A stretch of DNA of 64,000 nt. Source: Okamejei kenojei (Eukaryota). The stretch is from positions 22,072,001 to 22,136,000 of the forward strand of contig CM069160.1 of NCBI GenBank assembly GCA_035221665.1, written 5' to 3'. Numbering within the stretch: position 1 is the stretch's first letter; the number at the start of each line of letters is the position of its first letter. Below the pieces are notes generated by a model. It did not search any database. It had not been told where the DNA came from and saw only the letters and a program-made list of their open reading frames with translations. Below, piece after piece: positions 11,661 through 24,832 of the stretch. The position numbers and the translations under genes are program-made.

Positions 11661-14600
11661 TTACACCGTAATGGGTGAACATTAAATTGGCAAATTTCAA
11701 ATAATCCCCTCCGCATCTGCTCCGCCTGTTACATACCGAGCCCTGCCCTACCCAAGAACTGGTTCCCTGTTCTCATCATCCGCACCCATTTGCACCCATG
11801 TATAATCAACAAGTCTACAACCAACATTTAGTTTTGCTGTATGCTGTCAACTTTTCCGACTACCTCTGATTCATGATGCTAGGCATCGAACTCGAACTCG
11901 AACATTTGCTTAAACTCCCTACACCCACATCGATATTTCCTTGGAATTCAAAACAATAATCCGCAAAAGAAAATAAACTAACATAGATGTAAACTCGTGG
12001 CGGAAGCCTGTCAGGCAGAAATCATTGGAATACGTATCGATGCAAGTTAACAGAACTAAGTAATGGTTTCAAACGCTGTTTGTGCATGTTCGTATCGCCA
12101 TGCCACAGCTCTTACCGGGTGCAGCAAGATTTCTCCGAGTTCTCAGCGCATCTGTAAATAGTGTATTAAGGTGGAGAGTTAATTTTACCCATGTTACTCA
12201 CTTGCACATATATCCGGCTTTTTTTTTTAGCTTTTCCGGTCTCCATAAAGCTTCTGTGTTATTTACTTCAAAGGCGATGTATCACAACTTGTGCAATAAG
12301 GAATACAGTTTATTCATTTATTCACTCGGAAGTAGGACCTTCACTTTTGTGTCTTTAAAACGACATTCTAAAAATGGTCGAATGTGAAAAGATAGATCAA
12401 GCGACATATTTATAATTTGTCAATTATTATAAGTTCGCTATCAGTGTTAAAATAACATAGATTTTTTGTCTAGAAATGGAAATTATCTGAAAAAATCGTA
12501 AGTGATGTCGGTCTATAAGTGCAGTGCCCTTCCAGCCGACAATGGCTCACTGTTAATTCAAAGTGAAATATATGTATTCATTTCGGTAGTCCAGGGCCGC
12601 TATCACTTGATACGGACAACATTTTAGCATGGGAACGAAAACTTAAATATAAACGAAATCAGTTGATGTTAAAGGATTTAAATTTTATTTTGGAATGCGA
12701 AGCAGTTCTGCGACAAGGTTGCAGCCTATCGACGGGAATATTAAAAGCGATTTGCCATAGCAAGTAGGATATGTTGATCGAAAATGCTTGCCAGTGTATT
12801 ACGGTTAAATATATGTATTTTATGTTTTATGATCATAGTTATCGTAAAAATCACACTGGGCATAGGAAACTGCGGAATCTGAAGCTAATATATTGTTCCG
12901 CAGCAATTATTCCAGAAACTGCCTCTGGAAGATCCGGTAACCGTAATGGATTGTTCATTTACAGTCGCCGTTGGTTATCTGAATTACCCTGAGAGATTTA
13001 ATCCTGAAGATAATCCAACGCGCGAGATTACCTGAAATTACGAGACTTACTCACAGTTTAAATTTAGAAGTACATAGATAGTTTTAACTTTAAGGTGGAT
13101 CAGATTCGTTTTTACCTTTATCTCGTTGTATTAGGCTTTCTTCTATTGTGCAAAAATACATGTCACATGGTCAGTATGGAAGTCATTCGTCATTGTGAAT
13201 GGGAGTGCAGGTATAGCTAACGTTAGAAGATGACAATGCGATACTCTTGAATAAATTAATAGATTTGATAAATCGTTCATTCTATACATTTCCAGCTTTG
13301 CAATATTTAAATGCCACTGACGAATATTCAAGGAATAGCAAAAATAAGGGAAAGCAATTTCGGTATTGACATTATGTTTTACAAAACGGGAAACATTCCG
13401 GTTTAAAACAGACGTATGGCGTAATCTAATTTAAATTATCTATCTTAATGCAAGGTTGTTACTCACGTGTCACTTGTAAAGCTTGCTTCAAAGATGTTAG
13501 TTCTGAGAAATAAAATTCAAAGACCATTATAAAATGTAAAATAATGTAAGTTGCTTTCCTTGATTTATGAATATGGTTTAAGTAACTCATAGAAGTGTTT
13601 TTTTTCCACCTCAATGCACATACCTCTTTCTTTCTCATTGCATGTCTCTTCTATATGAGGGAAGGAATATTCATAGAAATAATCTTCCACCATCAGCGAC
13701 TTGAGCAACCAAAATACAATTATCTGATGACCTAACTTGCAAAGACATATATTGCAATTAGAAATTAATAAGCAATGTTTGCCTGCAGAATGTATCATAA
13801 TTTTAAAATAATGCATAATTTATTGAACGAAAGATCAGCAGATAAGAAAAGACATGCATCATCCATGAAGATGGCTTTTCGAATGTAAAGTCTGCTGCGT
13901 AAAAAAACACTCATCCACCATGAAAGGAATAAATGGTCACAACTATGAAAGTGAATGGCGCGATTTTATTATTGTACAATAGCGATAATACCCCTCAATT
14001 TACCGTTTAGTCTTTTCCTTTTTTGTTAATCAGTAAATACTATTAATTCAGATTATTGCTTCTTCCACTTCTTCGAATGAAGAACCGCGATATGGATGAC
14101 TTCGCCTATCGGTTGAAAACTAATGTTCCGTTTTGTTCATGTATATATCATATTATTCTTTTTAACACTGTTTTCAATAGATGTTTGGCGATATTACTTA
14201 ATTTCCTTTCATAGGCGTTCCTCTAAAGTCGGCTCCTGTCCACACATCATTAACTGACAGCTGCTATCAGTCTCCGGCAGTTCTAGTGATACAAAGCATT
14301 GCACGATGTGGGCCCAGGTGAACAAGGCCTTTTTCACTTAATCGAATGCCTGCATTTCCGGAAAGTTGCCAGGTAAATAGGGCTGAACAGGTGGTATTTC
14401 ATATCTGTAAATGTAAATCCGAGCAGTGGGGCCGTATCCAAAGTTTTACTTTTTCAACTGTGGTCAAGTCCACGGCCGCATTAATCTTTACAAGGTGATT
14501 CGCCGTGGCAATAGTTTATACGAATGTGCCAAAACTAACATCACGAATTTTAGATAATATGTTTGCACTGTATATGAGAAAAAAAACAGGTCATCGTTTC

Positions 14601-16574
14601 TGTTTATGACTTCCAACAGATTTATTTCATGACTTGGTTGGAAGATTTTCACATTTTCCCTCCGCTTCGCGTGACGTGAGTCTTTAATGGTATTCATCTC
14701 AGTTACATGACATAATTGCAGACGTATTTCCAATGCTGGAAAGTTGTTTGTGCTGCTGTTAAATGTAGAACTCTATGTATTGGATCAGGAAAAAGGATCA
14801 GCAACTTACAAATTCGATGAAGGAAAATTGTTTTACCATGTGGTCTTTTTGATTTTCCTACCGTAAAACATGTCCGGGTGATCGACTATTAACTGTAGGC
14901 GCATCATTTATATAAGTTGCATGTTATCAGTAGAACATGTCCTCATCGATATTTACCGCTTTCTTTAACCGTATTTTTCAAAGTCCCTGTTACCTGTTGG
15001 CTGTTTCGTTATTGATATCATCCATGAAATCCTATAGATTTTGAATGGTTACCAGATTTTCGAGGGAACCAAACACAACGACATCACATAGAAATGGAAG
15101 AAATTCAGACCATTTAGCCTGAAACCTGTCTTGGAGAAATAATCCATAGTTAAGAAATTTGAAACATGGCACTTGGTAAATAACAATTATAGTTGATCTC
15201 AATGGGTATATAATAAGGAAATCATGACTGGGACATGTCATAATTGACTGAGCTTAGCGGGAGAATTTGGTGTTTTTCGAGTTTCAGAAGACGTTAAGTT
15301 GAATGTAAAACTGTATGAAGTAATCTCATGGTTGTAAAGTGGGGAGATGGTTTAATACCGATTGGGAGAACACATTGATTTTCAGCAGTACCCGTACCTC
15401 CTTCTACATAAATCAATGTGTGCAGATATGCAGCAACGGCAAATGAGTACGAAATGAAACGGCTGGTTCCGTTTCTTCGACGAGGAATTGAGTGTAAAAG
15501 TACATATGTGTCACAGGAATGATATGTATTGAAGTGTATTTTTAATTAGCAACTGTCAATTGTTAACCGACGTATCAGCTAGGGATAATACGATAAACCA
15601 AAAATACATTTTGAAAGTTACTATAAATATACAGTAGTGAAATGAAAACAAGAATCCTTTCTCACCCGAATATTTGAGTCTTTTTTTTAGTTGCTCCATT
15701 TCTGGAAAGGAAACCAAAATTCTGTAGTATATACGCTTTGATGTACTACTCCGCCGGCATAATTTACTGTAAACACGGATTGGATCCAACCGCACTCGGT
15801 TGTAATGGAGAAGGCGTTTGCGATCGGTATCTGACCGACAGTTTTGTCCAAAGCATGGATCTACGAATTCCGAATTTTTGGTGGTTATTTGCATTTTTTG
15901 ATTTGTTGATTTGTGTAACATATGTTCACATTTTTGGCATGAGATAGAAACGCACAAAGTAACGCATTGTTCCTATATGTGTGTAAATGGTTAATTGTTT
16001 CTTTTTATTTCAGTTTTTATGTATTTGATTAGCAGAAAAAAACATTAGACAAACACCAATTCAAAAAATACCCGAGTGAGTTGAGAATCTCGTTTTGGAA
16101 TTCAATGCCTGCGACATATATAGACCCCTCCGGCACGAGCGTCGCCCCCTCTACTTTGCTGGCTGGCTATGGACCTGATTCCGGGAAACATTATCGTGTG
16201 GCTAGTCAGAAATGTGTACCGGTTTCAACATATTCATATGGTGGAAATCTATTTACACCACGAAGAAATATAAACTGTGTCTTACAGTAAATACGAACAC
16301 CTAAAGCAAACGTGCAATGAAATATGTTTGAATAACGGAATCGTCTAGTTCGTACAAGCACCGACGCATAATAATAATCATAGACTCCATAGTAGCAAAT
16401 ATATATTACATTGGATTTAGGAGACTTGGTTGATAATAATGATTTAGTTACCTCTTTTCACATTTACTGTTTCTGTTCGTGAAATAAGTTAAATAAAACA
16501 ACACGTTATTTGCTATTTTGGAGTTAAGGTCTTTATCTTTTGTTTCGTAAGATAATATTACAACGTTCCGAACA

Positions 16575-17438
16575 CATTAACCTGGCACTGAACACCACAA
16601 AGAAAAAAAGGAGCTAATACTGGACTTCAGGAGGAAACGGGACGCAGACCCGGCCCCGCTCTGCATACATGGGGCACTTATGAAAAAGGTGCAGACTTTG
16701 AAATTCCTAGGAGTCCTCATATCTGAGGACCTCTCCTAGTCTGCCAACACCATTGCAACCGTCAAGAGAGCACAAGAGAGACTCCACTTCCTGAGAGTGC
16801 TCAGGAGGCACAACATCAAGAAGAAGTTGATGGTGGCCTTCTACCGGGCGACCATTGAGAGACTGCTGACATATTGTATGTCAGTGTGGGTTGCAGGCTG
16901 CTCTGCTTTAGACTGGAAAGCGCTCCAGAGAGTGGTAAAAACTTCAGGGAGAATCACCGGCTGCCCACTGCCCTTTCTGCATTGCCACATCACGCTACGT
17001 CAGCAGAGCCACTAACATCATCAGAGCCACGCACCGCGGTCACCACCTTTTTGAACTGTTGTCCTCTGGCAGACGTTACAGGTCAGCCAAAACACGCACC
17101 TTCAGACGCAGAGAGTTTTTCCCAAAAGCAATCTTCACACACAAGATGAAAAAATACTGAGTATTATTCTTGCTGCATTTTTCCATGCTGCTACCCACTT
17201 CGCACTTTACTATCACCACTTGCAATACTGATTATTTATTTATCTTGATACCTAGTTTTATAACAACGTTTTTAATTTGTGCCCTGTGTTTTTTGTTTGT
17301 GTATTATGCACCATTGGGGTGGCAATAATAATTTAGTTTTGTGCAGTGCTTACAACGACAAATAAAGGCGCTCATTCATTCATTCATTCAGTCATTCATT
17401 CATTCATTCATTCATTCATTCAGTCATTCATTCATTCA
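16575..17438 (+). mobile_element. Rex1/Babar LINE 3' portion with (CATT)n tail
   Basis: KELILDFRRK, FKFLGVLISEDL, FYRATIERLLTYCMSVW, FELLSSGRRYRS; tail cattcattcatt at 17372-17438. Confidence 0.85.
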
Positions 17439-18099
17439 CTCCGTGGTTTAAAGAAAACTGGTTTCAGCACATTGAGAAATACCTTTTCATTTTATTTTAC
17501 ATGTATTTATTTTGGATTAACTATATGTATTTTTAAAGGGAAAGGCGAAACAATTACTTTCCGCCTCTCCCAAATGGCAATGTAAAAATTGCCTCGTGAA
17601 AGGACCTAAGGTATTTCGAAAATCTTACTTAGATTACATGTACAGATTAAATCATCATTGCATGACTAAAGAATAGATCACGCAATTAGGACAATGATAT
17701 GCACCGTCAAATAAACTAAATTAGTTTCCTAATTATGGTTGCATGTCAATCCGGAGTCGATTGATTTAAAAGGCCTCGAACGAATGATTTTCAAGGTGCG
17801 TGTCATGCCTACCCATTGCTGAAACTCCATATCTGGAATAGATATCGCAGATGCCTTTAAGATCATGCCGGTGACAATGTCATGACCATTCTAGAAGGCG
17901 GAACGGTGCTCCGAGATGCTACTAGCTTCTGAACGTCTGCGCCCATGGATGGCCACGAAGACCATCGGATGAATTGGTTTATTCGAAATTTTAAGCCAAC
18001 TGTCCTAATCAGAAAAATGAGGCAATAGAAAACAACATGGATTGTAACATAACATTTACTATCAATATTACTTTTACAAAATGCAATTATTAAATAAAT

Positions 18100-18272
18100 G
18101 ACACAACTCAGACCGTGTGTGCAGCCGTTCGTACAACTAGCTCACACCTGTAAACATCGAGCGTCGAAATTACGTCGGGGAGTGTCAGTTTGAAATTTAA
18201 GCATTCCCACTGTGTGCACATGGGTTTCTGCCGCCTTCGTGCCGTTGGGCTGAATGGCCTCCTTCTGTGTTA
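18100..18272 (+). mobile_element. Highly decayed SINE remnant with a CR1-derived tail
   Basis: TGTGTGCACATGGGTTTCTGCC (V-SINE-like) followed by TTGGGCTGAATGGCCTCCTTCTGTG (CR1-type 3' end). Confidence 0.35.
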
Positions 18273-18759
18273 TAGAAAAGAAGAAAAGCTGGGCATTGAC
18301 ATAATCATAAAACTTGCAATAATGGCGATCAACGACTTCATTAAAATTAATCCGAAACGTTTAAAAGGGTCAGCTGAAGATGACGTGAATCTGGTGGACA
18401 AAATACGACGTATACACCCGTATGCTGATTGGATAAATCCTAATTTAAGATGTTCGCTTGCCGGATATATTTTTAACCTGTTTAGCTAAGATAATATTAA
18501 AAAAATGACATAGAAACGTCCTACAACATTATCTCAAGCACAGAAACCTGGTGAATGTAAGACTGGGAATTGTATCGAATGCAATGATTTATCAGGGGGT
18601 TGATTATCAGAAATTTATTTATTTAACTTGAAAAAAGCCCCGTAATCTGTAACACCTACCGTTCTCTTGATCTCTGCGTGATTTCTCTTTAAGAGAAAAT
18701 TATTTGTCAATTACTGAACGCCAAAAAATGACATGCTAAGCGCAAAATTATTTACACGG

Positions 18760-19320
18760 GGGTACACAAAAAGCTGGAGAAACTCAGCGGGTGCAGCAGT
18801 ATCTAAGGAGCGAAGGAGATAGGCGACGTTTCGGGTAGAGACCCTTCTTCAGACTGGTCAGGGATCAGGGAAACGAGAGATATAGACGGTGATGTGGAGA
18901 GATAGGAACAATGAATGAAAGATATGCAAAAAAGTATCGATGATAAAGGGAACAAGCCATTGTAAGCTGTTTGTGGTGTGAAAATGAGAAGCTGGTGCGA
19001 CTGGGGTGGGGGAGAGAGATAGAGATAGAGGGAATGCCAGGGCCCGAGGGCTGAGGGAGAGGTGGGAAGGGGAGGAGACAGCAAGGGTTAACAGAATTGA
19101 GAACATTCAATGTTCAAGCCCATAGGATGCAGACTCCCCAAGCGGAATATGAGGTGCTGTTCCTCCAGCTTGCGGTGTTGCTCACTCTGGCCGTGGAGGA
19201 GGCCTAGGACCGAGAGGTCGGATGCGGAATGGGAGGGGGAGTTGAAGTGCTGAGCCACCGGGAGGTCGGGTTGGTTATTGCGGACCGAGCGGAGGTGTTC
19301 GGCGAAGCGATCGCCAAGCC
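18760..19320 (-). mobile_element. Young 5'-truncated PLE; hammerhead motif at 18825-18852 on the minus strand
   Basis: Near-identical to 41479-42041; encodes LGDRFAEHLRSVRNNQPDLPVAQHFNSPSH. Confidence 0.9.
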
Positions 19321-20114
19321 TACGAATCGCTTTGTAGGAAGTACTATGAGTGTCCGACAGTCGTATTAGATTTTCTAATACAAATGCGCGAAATTGAACT
19401 TAAATTCTATGTTATTGGACAATCGCATTAAAGTTTTTTTTTTCTGGTGAATATAATTAGTAAAAACGCACCGACGATAATATGTTTAAAAAATAAAGAT
19501 ATAATCGACTGGTGAGCGGGAACGATTAGGGATACGCTGCGGGAAGAAAATCGAGTTTTTTTATGCGCAGCTCTTTAATGCACGCTAGAGTATTAAACAA
19601 GACCTCACCTGCTTGTTCCAAAAACACATTTAGCTTCTTAATCGCTGATGAAACCAAAATAAAATGACATTCGTAAGAGCTGGTGCTAAACATTGCACAT
19701 AATTTGCAAAGAAATTAGTTTTCTTCAATTCAACTTATGAAAATGTGTACACATTGTGCGGCTTACTGAGAAAAGTGGGGTTATAATTTCACCAATTCAA
19801 AACTTTTTCTGAATATCTTCTATTTTTTGACCTGAATACTATTCCTATTCTCAGTACATTTGCAATGCATGCACCCATTCATCTTGTTCTTTTAATATAT
19901 CGACGCCGAACATAAACATATGAAACAACAATAAACGTTCAAAACCATAATCACACATTATTCTGGACATAGTGATATTATAAAAACACAGTAGCAATAT
20001 ACATTGTATTTTGTTTTAACTATACGTGAGACATTTGGGAAACTCCAGCAACATTTCATTTAAGACAGAAGATTATATGTCAGGCTGACGTTTCGCTGAA
20101 GAGCTGCGCTCAGC

Positions 20115-20636
20115 CCGCCAAGGCCTACGCGATCTCCAGTTTGCTTAACACTTTAATTCCTCCATTTTCATTCTGACCATCCTCTCCTGGGCCTGCTCCA
20201 CTGTCATAGTGAGGACAAACGCAGATTGGAGGAACAACACCTCATATTTCGCTTGGGCAGCTTCCAACGAAGCGGGATGAAATCTAACTTCAAGTAATGC
20301 TTGCTTTCGTTTGATCTCGTTCCAGACCACCCTGGTTCTCCACCAGTTTCACTGTCCTCCTGATTCATTTTACTGTTTGTATGCCTCGTTACCAGTTTCG
20401 CCTCAGCCAACAATGAACCATACCACATCTTGACCAGCGTCTGCTTTGATCTGTCGTTTTCACACCTTACCCTTCCATATCTCCAGATTCCCTCTCCCCT
20501 AACTCTCAGTCTGAAGAAGGGTGTCGACCCAAAGCGTCACCCAGTCCTTCTCGCCGGGGATGCTGCTTGTTCCACTGGGTTACTCGGGAATGTTGTGTAA
20601 CTCTTCAGTGTGAATCAGCATCTGCAGTTCCTTCCT
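20115..20636 (+). mobile_element. Older PLE subfamily 3' fragment with a degenerate hammerhead (20511-20538)
   Basis: LEEQHLIFRLGS motif; CTGAAGAAGGGTGTCGACCCAAAGCGTC; ends in CAGCATCTGCAGTTCCTTCC. Confidence 0.8.
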
Positions 20637-20896
20637 CCAGATTACATGTAAGGCTAACGTGGTGAATGTCGTGCAAATACCAACAGTAAATAACTTGGAA
20701 GGTTCGCACGATCAGCAACTACGTAGATATGAGGTGGGTGCAATATAGAATTCCCAATTAACGAGAATGTTGTATTTAACTGTGAATTGGCGGAAGTCTC
20801 ATAGATACTCTCAGCACAGATATTGTGGCAGGTGTTCTTCCACAGGCATACATACTTCCGGATGTCTTCACAAAAATTTGGCGTAACTCTTATGCC

Positions 20897-21480
20897 GGAA
20901 GGAACTGCAGATGCTGATTTAAATCGAAGACAGACACAAAAAGCTATAGTATTTGAGCGGTTCGGACAGCATTTCTGGAGAAAAGGAACAGGTGACGTTT
21001 CTGGTTAATAGACAATAGACAATAGGCAACATACAATGGACAATGTACAGGACTAGGCCATTCAGCCCTTCGAGCAAGCACCGCCATTCACTGTGATCAT
21101 GGCTGGTCATCCACAATCAGTACCCTTTTTCTGCCGTATCCCCATTTCCATTGGACTTCGCTATCTTCAAGAACTCTATCTAACTCGCTCTTGAAAACAT
21201 CCAGAGAATCTGCCTCCACTGCCTTCTGTGGCAGAGAATCCATAGTTTCACAACCTACTGGGTCATTTTGTTTCCTCGTCTCCGTTCTAAATGGCCTATC
21301 CCTTTCCTTAAACTTTGGCACCTGGGTCTGCACTACCCCAACATCCGGAATATTTTGGGGGAGTGAATTTCATTCCTTGCCAACGGACGTCTGAGGAAGG
21401 GTTCGAACCGAAACGTCCCCATTCTTTTTCTCCAGGGAAGCTGCCTGACCTGCTGAGTTACTCCAGCTTTTTGTGTTTAT
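20897..21480. mobile_element. Inverted pair of PLE ends (minus 20897-21006, plus ~21385-21480) interrupted by a CR1
   Basis: GGAAGGAACTGCAGATGCTG...GTGACGTTTC on the left; CTGAGGAAGGGTTCGAACCGAAACGTC...CTGAGTTACTCCAGC on the right. Confidence 0.7.
21007..21355 (-). mobile_element. CR1 3' fragment with (AATAGAC)n tail
   Basis: Homologous to 29768-30100; SLPQKAVEADSLDVFKSELDR. Confidence 0.85.
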
Positions 21481-22924
21481 ATATGGCATATCACTTGACA
21501 GGTACACGTTCATCCTTTTCAATATATGGCATGTTTCGGCAAAAACTTTAAGGGCAAGTGCCGTTCACAGTCGCACTGCCACAGTTGGCAACGTATGGCA
21601 TTAGTAGAAGTGAACTGCATTTTGGCAGGTAGTTCTCTGTGTGGAAATCTGTGTGGTTGAATACCAAAACCGCTGAGGTTGAAATTAATGCCCCTTTTGA
21701 TGACGGGGTGTGCGCAACGTTTTGTCAGATCATTACAACTTTCTTGAACCGGTCTGCGAGGTATAACTCTCTCTTTGACGTTCAATTTAGAATTTCACCA
21801 ATTGCGCTCAATTGAACCCATGCATCTCCATCCAATCGTTGAATTAAATTGGTCATTGTTAAACGTATGAATCATTACATCATTGCGAATGAATAAACAT
21901 TACATTGTACGATGTAAGACATTAACAAAGGACATATAGTTGACTGAAAAGGGTTAACAATCGCAGTATTCACAGGAATTAATAGCTCGGATGCGTGAAG
22001 TGTTTATATGGTGCTCTCGGAATAGAGGTGGCAAAACATTTTTCAGGTGATATGGATCGCGATCACCGTTCTACAGTGTTAGAGAAAATTAATATATTGT
22101 ATTGTTAGTTTGTGGTCAATCAGGCCGTTTACTTTGTCTAGGATTGTGTTTTTGTCTGGAGTCTTTTTGTGGGCAGTTTTCGGTACGAGAAATGGAATGC
22201 GTTTAAGTACATTCACTTTGTAGATGCAGGAAATTATCAGGAAGCGAAATATTAGGCAGAGCATACCCAACCTCTACCTCGTCCAATGCCAAGACCTTTA
22301 CGCAGCTATTTCAGTTAACTTGTAAGACAATTCTGACGTTCAATAAGTTAATGGTGGGGGCTCTGCGATGGTATGGCCACGAAATATCACGAAGATTAGC
22401 TTCCGCTGCCTCTTTTTCCGAGTTTGACTTGCAATTGTGTGTAATGTCATTTCCAACTACCAGCCCACGGAAACATACCATTTCGATCGCTTGCAAAAAT
22501 TTGAACGATTCTTACAACTCAATTCACTTCTGATTTTGATAGTTTGCTCAGAGCTTTAGAACCACTATACCTGTTTTCCATCAAAGTTGTCCCAGTAAAA
22601 GGCGAACTTCACTATTTAACACAATAACCGAAAGAGCACGTCTAATCACCATAATATGTCCCGCGAATTTGGCCATGTTTAAAATGTTTCATCTCTTGAG
22701 AATTATTCGAATCTGGAGAAGATGTTATCTTACCTGTGTCCTTCTCAATGAGTTCACTGTCTGCTGAGGGATTATGGAATATGTTATATTTTAGCGCAAA
22801 TATATTTACGTTAATATATTTAAGTTGTTAATGTTATTATTTGCTAGAGTTTTACATATACACTGCACAAATGGGGAGAAATAGGCAAATGGGGCAAATA
22901 ATTAGGTCAACAAAACAAATTTTA

Positions 22925-23125
22925 AAGTAGCCAGCAATAGCACATTGTGGGCTCCACCTTTCCTTGGACATCGGTGCCAGCTGTGATTTGTTCTGCATCT
23001 TTTCATACCTCTAGTTTCCCTCTTTCATGAATCACAGTCTGAAGGTCGGTCGTGATCCGAAAGGTCACCCACTCCGTTTCTCCATAAATGCTGACTGATT
23101 ACTCCACCATGTTGTGTCTATCATT
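22925..23125 (+). mobile_element. Decayed PLE 3' end
   Basis: Collinear similarity to 20400-20600, including CAGTCTGAAGG...CCGAAAGGTCACCC. Confidence 0.6.
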
Positions 23126-23509
23126 ATAGCAACCTCTAAAAAAAGTGCGCCATTGTTTAGGATAACAAAGTACTGAATTTGAATTTCAATTAAAAATGTA
23201 TTCTCAACTATATATAATGTTGACATCCCAGTGATAGTGTCACTTTCTATGTCTGTTCTTTTAAGTTATTTAGCATCTATTCTGTTTCTTTATAAAATAC
23301 TTTCAAAATAGGATAAAAAATATTGATAGATTTTGCAAATGTATCCGCAAACGACATATGTGAGGACAGCAGTGCCGGATTTTTGTGTGCATTCTTGCGA
23401 CCATCTGGAAAATAACTTGACATGAAATGAATCCTTTGATTGATGAAAAAAAACGTACTGCCAGAGATCGCTGTAAATGTATACCTCCTTGTGAATAATG
23501 TACGGAATT

Positions 23510-24380
23510 GTAGAAGGGTGAGAGAGAGGGCAGAGAGAGAGGGCAGAGAGACATAGAGAGAGAGAGAGAGCAAGGAGGGAGAGCGCAGCAAGAGTGAGAG
23601 GGAAGAGAGAGACAGAGGGCCGAGAGAGAGAAGGCAGAGAGGAAGAGGGCAGAGAGAGAGAGGGCAGAGAGGGAGCGCAGAGATAGAGGGCAGAGAGAGG
23701 GGCAGAGAGGGGGCAGAGAGAGGGTGCAGAGAAGGAGGGCAGAGAGAAAGGGAAGAAAGAAGGGCAGAGAGTGAGGGCAGAGATAGACGGCAGACATGGC
23801 AGGCACATCGATAGGGTAGAGACGGCGAGAGAGGGAGTAGACGCAGAGAAAGAGCAGAGAAGGAGACAGGGCAGAGAAGGAGAGAGAGGGCAGAGACGGG
23901 GAGAGAGGGCAGAGACTAGGGAGAGGACAGAGACGCAGAGAGAGGGCAGAGACGGAGAGAGAAGGCAGATAGAGAGAGAGAGATAGGGCAGAAACAGGGG
24001 GAGAGGGCAGATACAGAGGGAAAGGCAGAGACAGAGGCAGAGGGCAGAGACAGAGAGAGAGGGCAGAGAGAGGGTGGGAGGGCAGATACAGAGGGAGAAG
24101 GCAGAGGGAGAGGCCAGAGACAGAGATAGGGCACAGGCAGAGAGAAAGGACAGGGACAGAGAGAAAGGGCAGAGGCAGAGAGAGGGCAGAGACAGGGAGC
24201 GAGGGCAGATACACACGGAGACGGCAGAGAGTGGGAGAGGGCATGGGCAGAGGGAGAGGGCAGATACAGAGGGAGAGGGCAGAGACAGAGAGAGAGGACA
24301 GAGACAAAGAGGGCAGAGACGGAGAAGGGGGCATAGAAGGAGAGGGGAGACAGAAGGAGGGGGCAGAGGCAGTGGGAGAG
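23510..24380 (+). repeat. ~870-bp purine-rich low-complexity tract of GGGCAGAGA(GA)n-like units
   Basis: Directly visible; explains the spurious 435-aa and 440-aa Leu/Ser/Pro/Cys ORFs. Confidence 0.95.
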
Positions 24381-24761
24381 GGCTGACGCGGACTCGTGGG
24401 AAGCCGCGGCCAGGCGTCGACCCGAAAACCAGCCTCCCGACCAGGCCTCGACCAGAAAACACCGAGCAGGCGGCTGGCGGGCAGATGGCCGGGCGTCGAC
24501 CCGCGAAGGGCTCCAAGCGAGACGGCAGTCGGGCGTCGAGCAAAGAGCAACCATTTAGTCCAGGGCCAGACTTTATTTGCGGCGGCGGCGTTTTCATTAA
24601 TAATTCGACAAATAAAGCATGGCATTTTCAGATACGGTGATTTGGACTCAAAGGGAAAAATATCAACCGGAATATATAAATATTTTTCCTTACCGTTGAG
24701 TATTATGCGTTAGATGTAATAACACACATACAAACAAGATCAGGCGTTTAATAGTTGTATA

Positions 24762-24832
24762 AATATAGATGATAGATAGATAGACAGATATATAGATAGA
24801 TAGTTAGATAGATAGATAGTTCGATAGATAGT
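24762..24832. repeat. (GATA)n microsatellite running into the assembly gap
   Basis: gatagatagatagacagata... Confidence 0.9.

Noticed and set aside
16136-16160. CTCF-like CGCCCCCTCTA
   Set aside because: Only half of the consensus matches (lacks the GTGG end)
23290-24640. 435-aa, 440-aa, 212-aa and 188-aa ORFs
   Set aside because: Produced by a GA/CT low-complexity tract that lacks stop codons; no protein domain
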